DNA of 64,000 bases, from the NCBI GenBank assembly GCA_002269645.1, contig NIVC01000819.1, positions 62,001 to 126,000 of the forward strand. Direction: 5' to 3'. Shown piece by piece: positions 23,364 to 34,335 of this stretch. A program made the translations under genes and the position numbers. Every line of letters begins with the position of its first letter. Position 1 is the first letter of the stretch. The notes under the pieces were generated by a model. The model was not told where the DNA came from and made no database searches. It saw only the letters and a program-made list of their open reading frames with translations. The stretch is from Macrostomum lignano (Eukaryota).

Positions 23364-25572
23364 GAGGGTTCATCGGAAGTCAGAGTTTAAGGCTACCGCC
23401 GCTCGTGTCAAAGGCCATTGCCTTAAACTCTGACTTCCGATGAGCATCATTGCTTAAAATTTCAAAACTCTTACGTAATCTACGCACTTTATGTACACTA
23501 TCGTGAATTCTTATCAGTCGATGCTTCTAAGGGGGTTTGAGATAAGGTTACCTCCACCTCGCCTATGTCTCACCTTTAAGTCGCGCACCTGAAGTCACCC
23601 ACCCCTTACTCTGCACCCACCCCTAAATTAATTACAAATATAAATATTTGCGTGTCTAGAGATCAAATCTCAGATAGAGAAAAGCGGACGGCTGCAGAGA
23701 TGGAGGCACCGCTCATTAATTGGAAGCATTTGCCCTGCAGTGAGCTGGGCAACGTGACTAAGGACGAATTGAATTTTGTTTCGGAGGCTTCTTACAATGA
23801 CAGAAGGGACGACGAGTTCGCTAGATTTCTCGAATTCATTCAAAAGGAGCCCGAGCCCGATGAGCATCTGCCGCTCCTGCAGGAAGGCGGCGTAGATATC
23901 AGCGCCATGGACATCGCCGAGATTGACAGCCTACCAGCAGACAGCAGGAAGCAGATGATCAGCCATGGACAGCGGTTCAGGACATTCCTCACAGAGGAAA
24001 ATCTTCAGCGCAATTTACAAACCATTCCGAATTCGGTGCTCAACCAATACATTCGCTACTTCTACTTTAAACTGAAGAAGATTGACGGCGAACCTTACTC
24101 GCCCGCATCGCTGGTGTGCATCAGGGCTGGACTGCAGCGCTATTTGCGGATGATCGAGAAGCTAACCGTTGACATCATCAATGGAGAAGACTTTTCTTCT
24201 GCAAATAGCATGCTGCGTGTGAAGGTTCGAGACTTTCACCAGAGTGGTGGGAGGACGCAGCAGTTTGAGCCAATCGAGGAGGGGGACATGAGGAAGCTGA
24301 TGATCTACTTCCAAGGCAGCACAGCTGAAGTTGAGCAGGACAAATTCTTATTCTACATCATATACAGCTTTGGCGAGCGAGGCCAGGAGCACCTCAAGTT
24401 CTTGAAGGATAGAAGCTCACTTCAATTGCACGTCGACTCTGATGGAAAGCCGTACTACTGTCTGCCTCCGTTGCCCTCGAAAAATAAGTCAGCAGATCCA
24501 GAGAAGGCCAAGAAGCAGCCGGACAACAAGCAGGCCAGAATTTACGACGTGGAAAAGGTGGAGAAATACCTCAAGCTGCTTCCAGTTACAACGAAGGACA
24601 ACAATCTGTTTCCTCGTCCTTTGGCCAGCCGCAACGATGGAGGCCCTGTTTTCTCCTCGAAGCAGAACCGTGGAGAGAATTATCTGAGTGGCTTCATGAG
24701 AAACTTGAGTACGAAGGCGGGACTTGCGAAGACCTACACGAATCATTGCATTCGGTAAGACTGATAAATTAATAATAGTAACTTTAATTATGTTATGATA
24801 CATGTTATGTTACCAGTTACTCATGAATCCAACTATATAAATTTGCACTCTAAAACAGGGTCACGCGAATATGCGATCTCGAGGCGGCAGGGCACAGCAT
24901 GAGCGATATAATGAGCATTACTGGACAGCTGAGCGAGCGAACGACTAGGAGGTACCTAGCCAAGCGTCGCGACCGGTCGCTTCAAAAGACGAGTGAGTCT
25001 GTTCAGGTGGCGTTGAATCGTCATGATCTAGAGCAAGAAGCTGGGCCACCCGAACATGCTGATGCTGTTGAGATTGTCGGTGAGACTGCAGTATCGACGG
25101 AGGTTAGTGTTAGCACTGAAGCTGCCTATTCTGTTGGTACGAAGTTTGCCTTCAACAATTGCACCTTTCACGGATGTTCCTTTAATTAGGCATGCAATCT
25201 TTACTTCTACAGGAATCAGCAAATTGTACTCGTAGAATTACTGAAAGAATAAGAACGACAGTCTAGTTTAATATTTTTTATTTAATGACTTTTAGTACTT
25301 TGCTCGACCAGTATGATGTTCATCACCGACAAAAATTTACATGATATACTGACACCAGCTGTGCTTTTTGTACTGTCGATTTTGCAATTCTTGTGCCAGT
25401 TTAATTATTTACATCTTAAAATAAACGTTTTGAATTGACTGGTGCAAAATATGCTTTGCAAGATGCTGGATAAAAACTGGCTTGAATTAATTGGTTGCAT
25501 TGGAATTGGAATTCTAGGCAATGGCCGGCCATTGCCATGGGTCATTGCCATGAGGAGAAATTTTGGGCAATG
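23364..25572 (+). mobile_element. Crypton-type tyrosine-recombinase transposon nested in the Polinton left arm
   Basis: Removing it restores GATATCAATGTCCCTAAT, the uninterrupted sequence at the other end. It is bounded by CAATG direct repeats (23359-23363 and 25568-25572) and has no TIRs. Confidence 0.85.
23700..25189 (+). CDS. DUF3504/Crypton-like tyrosine recombinase (exons 23700-24754 and 24859-25189; ~461 aa)
   Basis: LKKIDGEPYSPASL..IRAGLQRYL, FGERGQE, YTNHCIR, then after a 104-bp GT-AG intron VTRICDLEAAGHSMSDIMSITGQLSERTTRRYL. This gives the R...HxxR...(H>Q)...Y set. Confidence 0.88.
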
Positions 25573-25689
25573 TCCCTAATATTAATCAAGCTCTCCAAAG
25601 ACACTGGTTTGAAAAACATGGAGTAACCTATGTAAAAGATTACGATAGCTATTATAACTTTGCAGAAATCATTAAGCAATTGTGATTTC

Positions 25690-26224
25690 TCACATTCTCT
25701 CAATGATCAACGTCAATACAAACTCTTCACCGTTGAAATCAACACCCACCCCATCTTCAGTCTCAAACTGTAGCACAATCTCGTGAATCTCCTTATTACT
25801 CAATACAACTCTTTTCACTGGATTTGGTTTCTCTACCACCATCTGTCCTCCAGCTACAGAGTTGGAGATGTTGTACAAAATATTAGTTCGCTTTCCCTTA
25901 AATACCCAATCAAGACTGAGATTAGTTCTGATTAGAATATTCAAACCCTTTACAATGTCTGCTATATTGGGTGCTAAGAACAAACCGCGTACACTTTCCC
26001 GGGCCATGATAACGGCCCCCGTCGCTTGAGTGGCGGTCCGCGCCGCGGATTCTGCCTTATAAACTTTCTTCTCGAATCCTAATTCCCTATACCAAGTGTC
26101 ATCTTTAAACTCAACCTCCGCATTTTTGTGAACTTGCATGACCACTCTCATTACAGTGAGATCATAGGATAGTTTGACAGGGAACAGTTTTTTATCTGGC
26201 TTACTCGCATCAGGTGTCTCGAAA
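25690..26224 (-). pseudogene. 5'-truncated divergent second minor capsid (penton) gene
   Basis: Open frame homologous to the C-terminal ~60% of 40340-41197 (FETPDASKPDKKLFPVKLSYDLTVMRV...LTLIIERM). Homology stops abruptly at ~26224. Confidence 0.85.
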
Positions 26225-26380
26225 TATAAGCCGAAACATTAAATTCTGCATTATCTAATAATAAATCAGCACATGGACAAACTCATCTAAATTAAATATC
26301 AGCAAAGCTGGTTTGAAGATTGTGTCTGTCACTTTTTATTTAGAAGAATGAGTAAATAGCATATCATAATTAATAAATTG

Positions 26381-26669
26381 ATAATTGATTACCAATGGGC
26401 AGATGTGCAACCGACAGCTCAGCCGCAGCTATTGCGCAGCTCATCTGAAGGCTGCTACGGCTGTTCAGTCCAAGGACTGGGGGGTCGCCATACACACACC
26501 CTCAATTACTCCAGCCAATGCTGGCACCCATTTTACAGCTGGGTGAACTGAAGCAATGCGGAGTAAAGTTCCTTGCTCAAGGACACAAATTGTTGCAGTG
26601 GGATCGGGAATCGAACCCCCCGACCTTCAAGTCGTGAGTCCGACGCCCTAACCACTAGGCTACAACCCC
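26381..26669 (-). mobile_element. SINE family A copy inside Polinton copy B
   Basis: tRNA-like head with TAGCCTAGTGG and GGTTCGATTCC. The body matches 12891-13140. Confidence 0.85.
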
Positions 26670-26729
26670 TACAGCAGGTGGGGTTGTAGTATATCATAAA
26701 TAACATGTCACACACAGCTGGTACCAGAA

Positions 26730-27150
26730 TAGGAAAAATTTCAACGCGTTAGCCTTTTCTGGCCAATCGAACGCAAGCTAGAGCGTGCGTAAAATACAAA
26801 AATATTTATATACAAAATATACAAAATATACAAAATATACAAAAATATACAAAAATATACAAAATATACAGAATATACAAAAATATTTAACAAAAAAATA
26901 ATTGCTCTTGCAATAGGAAAAAATGCCAACGCGTTGGCTTTTTCTGACCAATCCGAAGCAGGCTAGCGCTTTCTATAAAAAATTCTTTCTTTTGCTTTTG
27001 CAATAGGAAAAAATGCCAACGCGTTGGCTTTTTCTGACCAATCCGAAGCAGGCTAGCGCTTTCTATAAAAAATTCTTTCTTTTGCTCTTGCAATAGGAAA
27101 AAATGCCAACGCGTTGGTTTTTTTTCTGACCAATCCGAAGCAGGCTAGAG
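26730..27150. repeat. Three exact-period 90-bp direct repeats with palindromic CCAACGCGTTGG cores, plus one degenerate copy and an (AAAATATAC)n tract
   Basis: Cores start at 26926, 27016 and 27106. A degenerate core TCAACGCGTTAG lies at ~26741. Confidence 0.92.
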
Positions 27151-27158
27151 TGTCTTTT

Positions 27159-27842
27159 TCAAACAAGTTGCTTCCATGACTGATCATCCTCAAGGATTTC
27201 AACTAATATTGACATATTAGCATTCAGATCACGAAGCGGCAGGGAGACTTGCTTAAGACCAGGGTATTCACTTTCCAGCTTGAATAACTTCATATAAAGA
27301 TTGGCCGACGAAACCTTGAGGTTTACTTTATCGAGAAGATAGTCAAAATTCTGTTTTCGGGCCTTTCTATCGTAGTTTTTGTTACCGTTTTTAAATGTCA
27401 ACAAAATTTTTCCACATTGGATCGCATGAAGCAGACCACTCTTCTGCGACCTTTTCAGACGAAGCAGAGCGCACTGCAGACGCTTTACCACATCACCGCC
27501 TTCATCATCGGAAGGTATCCCAACATCCGCTTGGGGAATTCGTGAGGCGGTGAGCTTCTGTTTGAAGTCTTCTTTGCGCTTAGCTCGCCGCTCTGCATTA
27601 AGCGCCGCCATGCGATCACTCGCCTCCTTCTTCTGCTGCCGCGTTAGAGTTAGGACTTCCATTTGCAGCGAATCTTCCTTGAGCCCGAAAAATCTGGCGA
27701 TCTTTTGTCTTTTCTCCGCAGCTCTAACTGGATCCTTGATTTCTGCTAAAGTCTCAGATAAGACCTCGCATAGTCTCTGTTTCGCTGTTTCGCCAGACAG
27801 GTTTAAACACCAATCAACATCCATAGATGAACTAGAAGCCAT
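27159..27842 (-). CDS. Copy B accessory ORF-X, 227 aa, putative helical DNA-binding protein (DUF3102-like, tentative)
   Basis: Intact ORF. AIQCGKILL.FK...F..LL..V.LKVSSANLYMKLF recalls the DUF3102 pattern from memory, unverified. It has patchy similarity to copy A ORF-X. Confidence 0.7.
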   Translation of the reverse strand: MASSSSMDVDWCLNLSGETAKQRLCEVLSETLAEIKDPVRAAEKRQKIARFFGLKEDSLQMEVLTLTRQQKKEASDRMAALNAERRAKRKEDFKQKLTASRIPQADVGIPSDDEGGDVVKRLQCALLRLKRSQKSGLLHAIQCGKILLTFKNGNKNYDRKARKQNFDYLLDKVNLKVSSANLYMKLFKLESEYPGLKQVSLPLRDLNANMSILVEILEDDQSWKQLV

Positions 27843-28230
27843 TACGGTTTCGGTCGAGCAGCAGAAGCGTAAAGTAGTTGCACATAAAAAACTATAATCT
27901 GTCGCTTCTGTTTCTCAGTGCACAATGCGTGTGAAGATATAGAGAGCTAAAAATCGTTTTCAAATGTACATGCGCTTGTATCTACGCGAAATTTCTGTTA
28001 CTAGCTGTTGCGTTCGATCGATTAAGCCACCCACCCGCTGCTCTACACAAGCACCTAACACCAGCAAAGCGAGCTAAGACTCCCAAGCTCACTCTTTCCT
28101 TTCCTAAGATTGTATGGACAAAATTCCTAGCAATACATTCGCAAAAATCGATTTCCCAATTTTTAAAAATGCAGCTGCTGCGTTTGGCCAGGGCTGAGAA
28201 TAATACGCTCGTAGTTAAACCCTTCCCGAC

Positions 28231-28731
28231 TCAAACGTCTCTCTCTACCCCCAGCTCTTTCAGCAGTCTTCCTAGTACCTTGTGAGGTGCGCACAAAATA
28301 AACCCGGCTCCCGTGCGTTCGCCCTCTCTCCCCGTGCACTCGCCCTCTCTCCCCAAACACCCGCCCTCGGCGTACACCCCCAACCCCAGTTTTGTCTTAC
28401 TAAAAATAACAGCTTTAACTAGCTTCCGAGCGATCGACTCCTTCCACCCGCTTGAAGCCCCTATATTGTCTAGTCTCTTAAGCATTTCTTTGTCCCAGCG
28501 ATTCTTCTCCTCAGGAAAATCTCTATACTTAACGTCGTGCCACATGCAGACAGAGTCTAGCTCGTTCACAGGCTCATGCCCAGGATGTGGATTATTGTTT
28601 TTATCTAGCTGTATTTCAAGTGGATTCAAAGGCCCGCAATATTTATAGCCGGGAAGTGTCCAGCCTTTGTTCGGATGAGGAAGCTTTTCTATCAGTCCAT
28701 GTGAATCTAACTTACCACCAGAGCGCTGCAT
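28231..28731 (-). CDS. Copy B parvovirus-type PLA2-domain protein (166 aa from MQRSGG)
   Basis: LPGYKYCGPLN, EPVNELD and HDVKY. Confidence 0.88.
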   Translation of the reverse strand: MQRSGGKLDSHGLIEKLPHPNKGWTLPGYKYCGPLNPLEIQLDKNNNPHPGHEPVNELDSVCMWHDVKYRDFPEEKNRWDKEMLKRLDNIGASSGWKESIARKLVKAVIFSKTKLGLGVYAEGGCLGREGECTGREGERTGAGFILCAPHKVLGRLLKELGVERDV

Positions 28732-28761
28732 TATTTTATTTAAAATTTTCTTTTTAAATAA

Positions 28762-29799
28762 ATGACAGATCAGAAACTTAAAAAACTCTACTACAGCGAC
28801 AAAGGTTTCTTTGTAGGCAAAAATGCCGTTAGTAAACTCATGGAGCTGAGTAAGGAACCAAAAGCTACAGTAGAAAAATGGCTCTCTAAGCAGGCTGTCT
28901 TTCAAGTCTATTTCCCACCAGTAAAATTTGAAAGGCCCCATTTCAGTATTTATAAACCTAATGAAGCGCACCAAGCAGATCTTTTGTTTCTCCCCAATGA
29001 CTCAGGCTACAAGTATGCTCTCACAGTAATAGACATTGCTTCCAGATATAAGGAAGCTCGCCCACTCAAGACGAAGAAGTCAGAGGTTGTTGCCAGCGCA
29101 CTGCAAGATATTTATAAAAACTCTCCGCTCACATACCCCCAAATCTTTATGACCGACCCGGGTAAGGAATTCATGGGTGTAGTGAAATCCCTTATGGAAA
29201 AGAAAAACACAGAGATTCGCTATGGCAGAACAAACTTGCACAGAGACCAGGCTTTTGTGGAAAGATTCAATCTAACTCTAGCCAAGAGACTATTCACTAA
29301 GCAGACAGCGCAAGAACTCAAACTGAGTGCGGGGCAATACTATACCAAGTGGACAGAAAGACTCCCCATTGTTATAGAGCAACTGAACAATGAAGTCACA
29401 CGTATGACTGGATTGAAACCGTCCCATGCAATTAAACAAGACACTGTCAAACTTAAGGCAACTCAAAGAACAGACAACAATACTACAACCCCACACAACA
29501 CACACAACACAAAACACACCTCGAACTACCCTCAGCTTCCAGGAGTTGAATCACCATACATACTGACAAACTCTGAGTTTCTACGCTTTTTATATCTACC
29601 TGGAGAGCTAGAGAAAGACACCAAAAGAAGAGCTACAGATCCATACTTCAGCCTTGATGTACATAAAATAGACAGACATTTTACATCCGACTCTGGAGAG
29701 TATTACTTTTTATCTCAAGCCTTTAACCCTAAATCCCCCACGCGGTCATTCACTAGAGCTGAACTCCTAGTGATACCAGCTGACACAGAAATTAATTAA
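28762..29799 (+). CDS. Copy B retroviral-type DDE integrase
   Basis: HQADLLFL, TDPGKEF and VERFN; intact 345 aa. Confidence 0.95.
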   Translation: MTDQKLKKLYYSDKGFFVGKNAVSKLMELSKEPKATVEKWLSKQAVFQVYFPPVKFERPHFSIYKPNEAHQADLLFLPNDSGYKYALTVIDIASRYKEARPLKTKKSEVVASALQDIYKNSPLTYPQIFMTDPGKEFMGVVKSLMEKKNTEIRYGRTNLHRDQAFVERFNLTLAKRLFTKQTAQELKLSAGQYYTKWTERLPIVIEQLNNEVTRMTGLKPSHAIKQDTVKLKATQRTDNNTTTPHNTHNTKHTSNYPQLPGVESPYILTNSEFLRFLYLPGELEKDTKRRATDPYFSLDVHKIDRHFTSDSGEYYFLSQAFNPKSPTRSFTRAELLVIPADTEIN

Positions 29800-29816
29800 A
29801 ATATTAAAATAAAAAA

Positions 29817-30272
29817 ATGACAAAGATTGAAACCAGAACCATCAATAAACTCAATAAAATCATTGAATCAAAGAGACCAGGTCTTATATCAATAAAAGGT
29901 GCCAAAGTAAAAGTCGATCCCGTGCAGCAAATAGTTCAGTGTAATGAGCAAAGACACAGCATCACAGATGAAAAGTTAGGAGGAATCCTACCATTAGCAG
30001 CTCTTATCCCGATTATTGCAGGCGCTGTAAGTGCCGCAGGTGGTGTAGCTGGAGGTGTAGCAACTGCTGTTAAAGCTGGTAATGATAGAGCCCACCAGCT
30101 TGAATTGCAAAAGATTGCAAGAGACAAAGGTATAACAATTAAGGCAGGAGAGGGCTGCCCCGATTGTGATGATCGTGATGATTGTGAGCATGAAAATTCT
30201 GTAAGCAAGTCTGACATTGTCAAAGCTATCATGACACTGCACAATGCTGGGTTTACAATAATGCGGATGTGA
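29817..30272 (+). CDS. 151-aa probable virion core/membrane-active precursor
   Basis: LGG|ILPLAALIPIIAGAVSAAGGVA segment; intact in both copies. Confidence 0.85.
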   Translation: MTKIETRTINKLNKIIESKRPGLISIKGAKVKVDPVQQIVQCNEQRHSITDEKLGGILPLAALIPIIAGAVSAAGGVAGGVATAVKAGNDRAHQLELQKIARDKGITIKAGEGCPDCDDRDDCEHENSVSKSDIVKAIMTLHNAGFTIMRM

Positions 30273-30396
30273 TGAGGTTTAAAACCCCACTTTATCCAGC
30301 TTCATAAACCTAGCGCTACTTATAGGATGTAGAAACAGTTCAACTTTTCTATCAGGGTGGTCACCCTCAAAAATTTTTTTTATTTTAGAGAAAAAA

Positions 30397-33300
30397 ATGC
30401 CAAAAGCTAATCCAGCAAAAGATTTAGTCAACAAACATTTTTCAAAAGGCGTCTCATTTCAAGACAAAAGTAATTTACTAAGAGAAGCATGTAAACAAAA
30501 GTTTAACACCGACCCTGGTCACCTGGGAAGCTATGAAAAACAGTTGGAAATCATCAATCAATTAGAATCCAACCAATATGCGCCTATGCAAAATCCTGCA
30601 AAGGAACACCAAGAGAGGAGTCGCAACTTAGTTAACAAATATGAAACTCTTACTGGTGAAAAAGCAAAGTACCCACAAAATAAGCAGGAACAAGAGAAAT
30701 TAGAGCAATTAATCCATTTAAAAGAGTCGGAGCTTGCCATTGAAGAGATTAATTTTGCACAGAGGAAGTTTACAGAACATTACATAGAGTACACAATCCC
30801 AATTAACGACACCAACGGTACCACCGCAAACATCTACGACTATAAAGACAGCATCCAATCAGTTGTTGATCACACACTCAAAACACGCAAGACTTTTAAA
30901 CTACAGATATCATTCAAGATTGCGTTTTATATGCCTGCGAAACCCACTGAGCATCTCGAGTATTACATGACAACAAAGGCAAAGCCATTCACCCCAACAG
31001 ACACACTGGATCCTTTCCTTCAAGATGTCACTAAGAAAATTGAAGCGTTTACATCCAGAGGTTCCGGATGGGTCGTAGGAGGGATTCAAAGAGCGACTGT
31101 CATGGTCATGAAATATGACCCACTTAAAGCCTCCTCTTATATAGAGCTCCCGCATAAGCTAGCCGGCAAAAAAGCTTGCATAAATGTTAAAAATAAAGAC
31201 AATTGCTGTGCTCTATGGGCAGTTCTTTCTGCACTTTTTAGTGTACCTCACCACCCCGAAAGAACCTCAAATTATCAAAATTATTTCAAGTACTATCTCA
31301 TCGAATGCGAAAAGAAGGGAATCAGGTTTGACAAAGGAGGCTTGGCGATCTCTCAGATCCCAAAGCTAGAAGAAGTGTTTAATAACAAAATTAGAATCAC
31401 AGTCTTTGAGTGGAGTGAAAAAACTGAGAAAGTTCAACCGGTCAGATGTAGCAAAGACGTTTTAGATCCCGAGGGGAAAAGGCGGACTGAAGTGGATCTT
31501 CTAGTGATTGGTAATTTACTAGAGGAGGCTCACTATGTTTGGGTTAGAGATCTTTCAAGACTCATTCACAAGCAGTTGAATAATCATCACGAGGCTGTTG
31601 CCATCTGCCGCTTGTGCCTTAAGCATTACAGTGGACCTGAACGCTTTGAAAAGCTAACAGAGCATGAATTATCATGCGAGGATCACCCGACAAACTGCTC
31701 TCTTCCTTCAGCTGAAGAGAAGTATCTCCGTTTTAAGAACTATCACAAGATGGAGAAGCTCCCATTTGTTGTATATGCTGATTTCGAATGCTCAATCACT
31801 CCAACTCAAAAACATGTCCCCAACTCAGTAGCATATGCCTTTATTACTACAAAAGGACTTGTTGAGTATAATTATTTCTTTGGAGAGCAGTGTGTGGAGC
31901 AGTTTATTGCCAGAATGTTAGAGTTGCAAAGAGTAATTAGCACCCTTCAACCTGTTCCAATAAGTATGTCTGAGGAGGATGAAAGCAATTTCCTATCAGC
32001 AACTCATTGCCACATCTGCAGGAAACATTTAACTTGCACTAATATTAAAAACCCGACCGTTAGGGACCACTGCCACTTTACTGGGAAATTTAGAGGTGCA
32101 GCGCATAACACCTGTAATCTAAAGCTAAAATCGAACATTCATGATCTAACGATATTTTGTCACAACGCAAAGAACTATGACATGCATTTAATAGTTGAAA
32201 AAATCGGCATGATTCCAGACATACACCTTGATTGCATCGCAGAGAACAAGGAGAAGTTTAAGTGTGTTGATATTAAACAGGATAATTCGGGTAAAGGTGA
32301 AGGTTCGGGTACAGGTAAAATAAGACTGAAGGATTCATATCAATTTCTAGCTGCCAGTCTAGACGAACTAAGCAAGAATCTAAAAGATGAACAATGTACA
32401 TATACAAAGATGTTTGCAAGTAAAATTACAACAGTGATGAATCATTTAAACTCCTGAGAACCAAAGGCTTCTACCCTATGAAAATATTACTGGGTATCAC
32501 GTATTTGAAGAAGGTTTACCACCACAGGAGAAGTTCTTTTCAAAGCTAACAGACTCTGGAATCTCTGACAAAGACTATGAGCACGCGAAGCATGTCTATA
32601 ATTACTTTAATTGTCAAAACTTCTTCCAGTATCACCTGCTTTACCTCTACACAGATGTGTTTCTGCTGGCTGATGTGTTTGAAACCTTCAGATACACCTG
32701 GTACACAGCATATGGCCTCGATCCAGCACATTATGTGTCTCTGCCTGCCACTAGCTGGGAATCTTTGCTTAAAATGAAATGGGATCAAGATCCAGATTGG
32801 TACATTGAACTTCTTACAGACATTGACATGTACAATTTTGTCGAATCGTCAAAGCGAGGGGGATCTCAATTTGCGTTAACAGGTATGCAAAAGCAAACAA
32901 TCCCTACATTGAATCTTACAATAAGGAGCAGCCCTCAAACTACATTACTTACTTGGACGCTAATAATCTCTACGGGTGGGCGATGAGTCAAGATCTTCCA
33001 GTTAGAGATTTTCGATGGCTACCCTCATCAGAATTCAAAGGGACTTTTCATTGGCTGCCATTTATGAGGTTGATGTTTACATTCCACCAGAGCTTCACGA
33101 CTATTTCTCTGACTTTCCACCCTTCCCAGAGAACATCAAGTGCCCGAAAATAATCGAAACTCCCAATGATAATAATGGAACTTGGCACCTGTCAGGAACA
33201 GAAAAAGAACATACAGAGAAGCTAACACAGAATCTAAACAACAAGACACGTTACAAAATCCATTACAAACTGCTTCAGTATTTTATCTCACTTGGTTGCA

Positions 33301-34229
33301 GGGTCACTAAAGTTCACCGGGCTCTTACATTTACAGAGGAAGCGTGGATGAAACCCTACATTGATAAGAACACCCAGTTTAGGACCAAAGCAACCAACGA
33401 CTTTGACAAGAACCTCTTTAAGTTAGCCAACAACTCTGTCTATGGCAAGACTCTTGAGAATGAGCGGAAAAGAACAAACCTGAAACTTGTTACCTCATCA
33501 GAGCCTGCTGTTATTCAGGCAAATATGTCAAAGCCAACATTCAAAGAACTCCATATCTTTAATAGCTACTTAGGTGTGATCATATTTTACAAAACCAAGG
33601 TGACGCTGCGCAAGCCGATCTATACAGGTGTCACTGTTCTCGACGAATCAAAACGTCTGATGTACCAATTCTTCTATGGCATGAAGCAGCAGTACAAGGA
33701 TAAAATGAAACTCTTGTACACCGACACAGACAGTTTTATTATGGACATTCAAACAGAAGACATTTATCAGGACATGCTGCAGCAAAAAGATTTGTTTGAC
33801 TTGTCTGAGTATGATGAATCTTGCAGGACACAGAATGGCGATCAAGTGTTTGACGCCACTAACAAGAAAGTGATTGGGAAAATGAAGGACGAGATTGCTG
33901 GTGACATAATCACTGAATTCATTGGGTTGAGAGCAAAGTCCTATTTTATAAAATGTGAGTCGTCAGACCCAATTAAAAAATCAAAGGGAATTCCGAAACG
34001 TGTGGTTAGGAAGGAAATTAATGAAGCTGAATACAGAGACGCCTTGAATTGCAACAAAAAGACATCACATGAGTTCTCAAAGCTACAATCTAAAAACCAT
34101 ATTATTCACACAATTCAGCAAAAGAAGATTGGACTGTCAGGTGCAGATAACAAAAGATTCATTTTTGATGACAACATTAACAGTCTACCGTTCGGGCACT
34201 GGAGATTAGGTTTAGGAGGTGGAGGTTAG
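30397..34229 (+). CDS. Copy B protein-primed DNA polymerase B with Zn-finger/endonuclease VII-like insert; four -1 frameshifts as assembled
   Basis: Motifs as in copy A. Frame breaks lie at ~32424, ~32474, ~32860 and ~33040. Conceptual repair gives ...KGFYPYE...LLADVFETFR...RGGIS...YLDANNLYG...YTDTDS. Confidence 0.93.
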
Positions 34230-34335
34230 ATTCGGGCACTGGAGGTTAGACTCGGGCACTGGAGATTAGGAGATTAGGAGATTGGGTTTAGGTTTAAGAG
34301 AAAGTTTAATAAACCTCATAAAAAATGACATAAAA

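Noticed and set aside
23700-25189. Tyrosine recombinase as the Polinton's own integrase (as in some Polinton-like viruses)
   Set aside because: The element already has an intact DDE integrase and a 6-bp TSD, and the YR segment cleanly interrupts an ORF between CAATG repeats.
26224-26233. ATATAAGCCG shared with 41224-41233 near both mCP boundaries
   Set aside because: A 10-bp direct match is within chance in 64 kb, and its orientation does not fit an inversion model.
34195-34300. Telomere-like TTAGG/TTTAGG repeats between pPolB and the protease (also 1210-1290)
   Set aside because: Short, irregular duplications of the polymerase 3' end, not a true telomeric array.
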